This document shows, in pieces, positions 61,485 to 64,000 of a DNA stretch of 64,000 nucleotides. The notes beneath the pieces were generated by a model. That model did no database searches, was not told where the DNA came from, and saw nothing but the letters and a program-made list of their open reading frames with translations. The stretch spans positions 51,584,001 to 51,648,000 of the forward strand of contig CM069133.1 of NCBI GenBank assembly GCA_035221665.1. Direction: 5' to 3'. Every line of letters begins with the position of its first letter. Within the stretch, counting starts at the first letter, position 1. The translations under genes were made by a program, and so were the position numbers. This stretch comes from Okamejei kenojei (taxonomy: Eukaryota).

Positions 61485-62060
61485 GATCATAAGTGATAGG
61501 AGCAGAATTAAGCCATTCGGACCATCAAGTCTACTCCGCCATTCAATCATGGCTGATCTATCTCTTCCTCCTAATTCCATTCTCCTGCCTTCTCCCCATA
61601 ACACCTGTACTAATCAAGAATCTATCTCCGACTTAAATATATCCACTGACGGCCTCCACAGCCTTCTGTGGCAAAGAATTCCACAGATTCAACATCCTTG
61701 GACTAAAGAAATTCCTCATCTCCTTCCTAAAATAATGTCCTTTAATTCTGAGGTTATGACCTCCAGTTCCACTAGTGGGAACATCCTCACCACATCCACT
61801 CTAAACAAGCCGTTCACTATTCTGTACGCTTCAATGAGGTTCCCGTCATTCTTCTAAACTCCAGCGACTACAGGCCCAGTGCTGTCAAACACTCATATGT
61901 TAACCTACTCATTCTTGGAAACCTCCTCTGGATCCTCTCCAGAGCCAGCACATCCTTCCTCAGATATGGTGCCCAAAATTGCTCACAATATTCCAAATGC
62001 GGCCTGACCAGTGCCTTATAGAGCTTCAGCATTACATCCCTGTTTTTATTTGCAAGCATA
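61485..62060 (-). mobile_element. CR1 3' fragment
   Basis: Encodes LYKALVRPHLEYCEQFWAPYLRKD, plus 3' UTR. Confidence 0.88.
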
Positions 62061-62454
62061 AATGCTAGCCTGGCACCATTGGTAGTTAGAGTAAGGAAGT
62101 ACTTCCAGCATGCATGTCTTCATCGGACAGTGTTGGGAGGTCATTTGGCAGCAGTATATAACGTTGATTGGACAAAACACCTGAAATACTGTTTACAGTT
62201 CTGGTTGCTTTGCTATATGAAGGGTGTGATTAAGCTAAAGAGTGCACAGAAAAGATTAATTAAGATGTTGCCGGGACTGGAGGGCTTGAGCTATAAAAGA
62301 GAGATTGGATTTCAAGCCAAACTCAAGCACAATAAGTAGAGCAAAGGGGAAAATAAAGAGTGCAGAGTTCTCAACACTGTAGCACATCAGTGCCACGGAC
62401 AAAGTTCAATATCCGCAATGGGGTAAAGGTGAATTTGACAGTATCCTAGCTTAT

Positions 62455-63040
62455 GGAAGGGTATTGAGATAGCAGAGGGGAAGAAGCTGTTCCTAAGTCT
62501 AGTGGTGCGCATGCTTCTATACCTTTTGCCTGATAGAAGTGGGGAGGAGGAATGATTGGGGTGGGACATCCTTAATTATGTTGACTGCTTTTCAAGACAG
62601 TGTGAAGTGTAGATGGAGTCACTGGTAGGGTGTCTTGTCTGTGTGATGGACTGGGCTACATTCATAGCTCTTGCGGTGTTAAGACAGTTGTTCCAAAATC
62701 TAGCAGTGATGCATCCCAACAATATGCTTTCTAATGTGCATCTGTAGCGGCTTGTAAGAGTTATTGGAGTAAGAGTTATGCTGAATTTCATTAGTCGAAT
62801 GAGAAAGTAGAGGCGTTGGCGTGCTTTCTTGGTTGTTGCTTCAACTTAGTTGGTCCACAACAGATCATTGGTAATATTTACGCCAAGGAAATTAAAACTC
62901 TCAACCACCATTGGTGTTGATTGGGCCGAGGACTTCACCATGCTTCCAGAAAATGATAACTAGCTCATTCATCTTGCTGACATTGAGGAAGAGGTTGTTG
63001 TCCTAACAATAGATTACTAAATTCTGTATCTCCTTCCTGT
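62455..63040 (-). mobile_element. Rex/Babar-type LINE 3' fragment
   Basis: Encodes YRCTLESILLGCITA.F.N and SGKRYRSMRTTRLRNSFFPSAI. Confidence 0.75.
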
Positions 63041-63562
63041 GATTAATAAGTTTGCAAATAACAATATCTGTTGATGCTAGGAAGATCTTCACAGGCTACT
63101 GGATGACAATGATCAATTTATAAGATGGACAGAGCAACGGCAGATGGAATTTAATCCTGATAAATGACTGTGATACACTTGGGAAGATTGATGTACACAA
63201 TGAATGGTGGGGCTTCAGGAATAATTAAGAACATAGAGACCTTGAAGCATGTCCAAATATCCCTGAAGGTGGCAGCCCAAATAGAAAAGAGTGAAGGATT
63301 TATAGAAAGCATGCAGTATCATATCAGATCTTGTTAACTGGCAGAGAAGGCTCAATGAACCAAGTTGACTGCTCCTGTTCTTATGACCTACTACTTACAC
63401 CAATCTAACTTTTAAAAGCTGTCACTTTTGTTCATCTGCCAAAAACAGCACGATACACTAAAAAAGGGGTTATTTTATGACATGGATGAAAGCTGAAGCC
63501 CATTTGACAATGTAATGCATCTCAGACATTAGCAAATACATACGCATGATTAAAATTCTCTT

Positions 63563-64000
63563 GAGGGGAGAAGAGGGAATGGCCAAGGTGCAACTCATCC
63601 TTGATTATGCCTTGCTGAGATTTAAATAGAGTTAATTGAAGGGCGATTCGTTTGTGTGATGGTCTGGGCTGTGTCCACAATTCGTTGCAATTTCTTGCGG
63701 TCTTGGATGGTGCTGTTCCCAAACCATGCTGTGATGCATCCTGATAAAATGCTTTCTACGGCGCATCTGTAGAAGTTGGTGAGGACATACCGAACTTCCT
63801 AAATCTTCTAAGGAAATAGAGGCATTGGTGTGCTTTCTTGGCCATTGCATCAATATGGGTGATCCAAGAGATGTTGTTGGTGTTTTTTACTCCTAGGGAT
63901 TTGAAGTTTTCAACCATCTCTACTTTGGCACTGTCAATGCAAACTGGGGTATGTGTACCGCTATGCTTCCTATAAAGTTACTATCTCCTTTGTCTTGCTG
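63563..64000 (-). mobile_element. Rex/Babar-type LINE fragment running off the window
   Basis: Homologous to 62600-63000 (FKSLGV, KKAHQCLYFLRR, ESILSGCITAWFGNS). Confidence 0.75.

Noticed and set aside
51100-64000. exon for the long ClC-3b N-terminus (MESEQL...)
   Set aside because: Looked for on the minus strand and not found by eye; probably beyond the window.

Overview
Eukaryotic, repeat-dense vertebrate DNA. The repeat complement (HE1-like V-SINEs, HER1/CR1-type LINEs, abundant Penelope ends) suggests a cartilaginous fish such as a skate or ray; this is inference. The only host gene I can support is the 5' part of CLCN3 (endosomal 2Cl-/H+ exchanger ClC-3) on the minus strand. Three coding exons splice in frame with canonical GT/AG ends: an alternative first exon of the ClC-3c type (50747-50828, missed by the ORF track), a 158-bp exon (9087-9244) and a 100-bp exon (6484-6583). 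The rest is intron or upstream sequence filled with mobile elements: a structurally near-complete DIRS1-type tyrosine-recombinase retrotransposon, CR1, L1 and Rex/Babar LINE fragments, Penelope-like elements (PLEs), a Tc1 transposon, a non-autonomous Helitron, MITEs and tRNA-derived SINEs. The most interesting signal is a family of very short PLE-terminal elements carrying a minimal hammerhead-ribozyme motif (CUGAAGA-A-stem II-GAAA-CG-UC). It occurs both as a ~95-bp unit with shared ends and long target duplications, and as fold-back palindromes pivoting at the ribozyme 5' edge. All calls were made by eye; no database search or folding was run, and the boundaries of old repeats are approximate.
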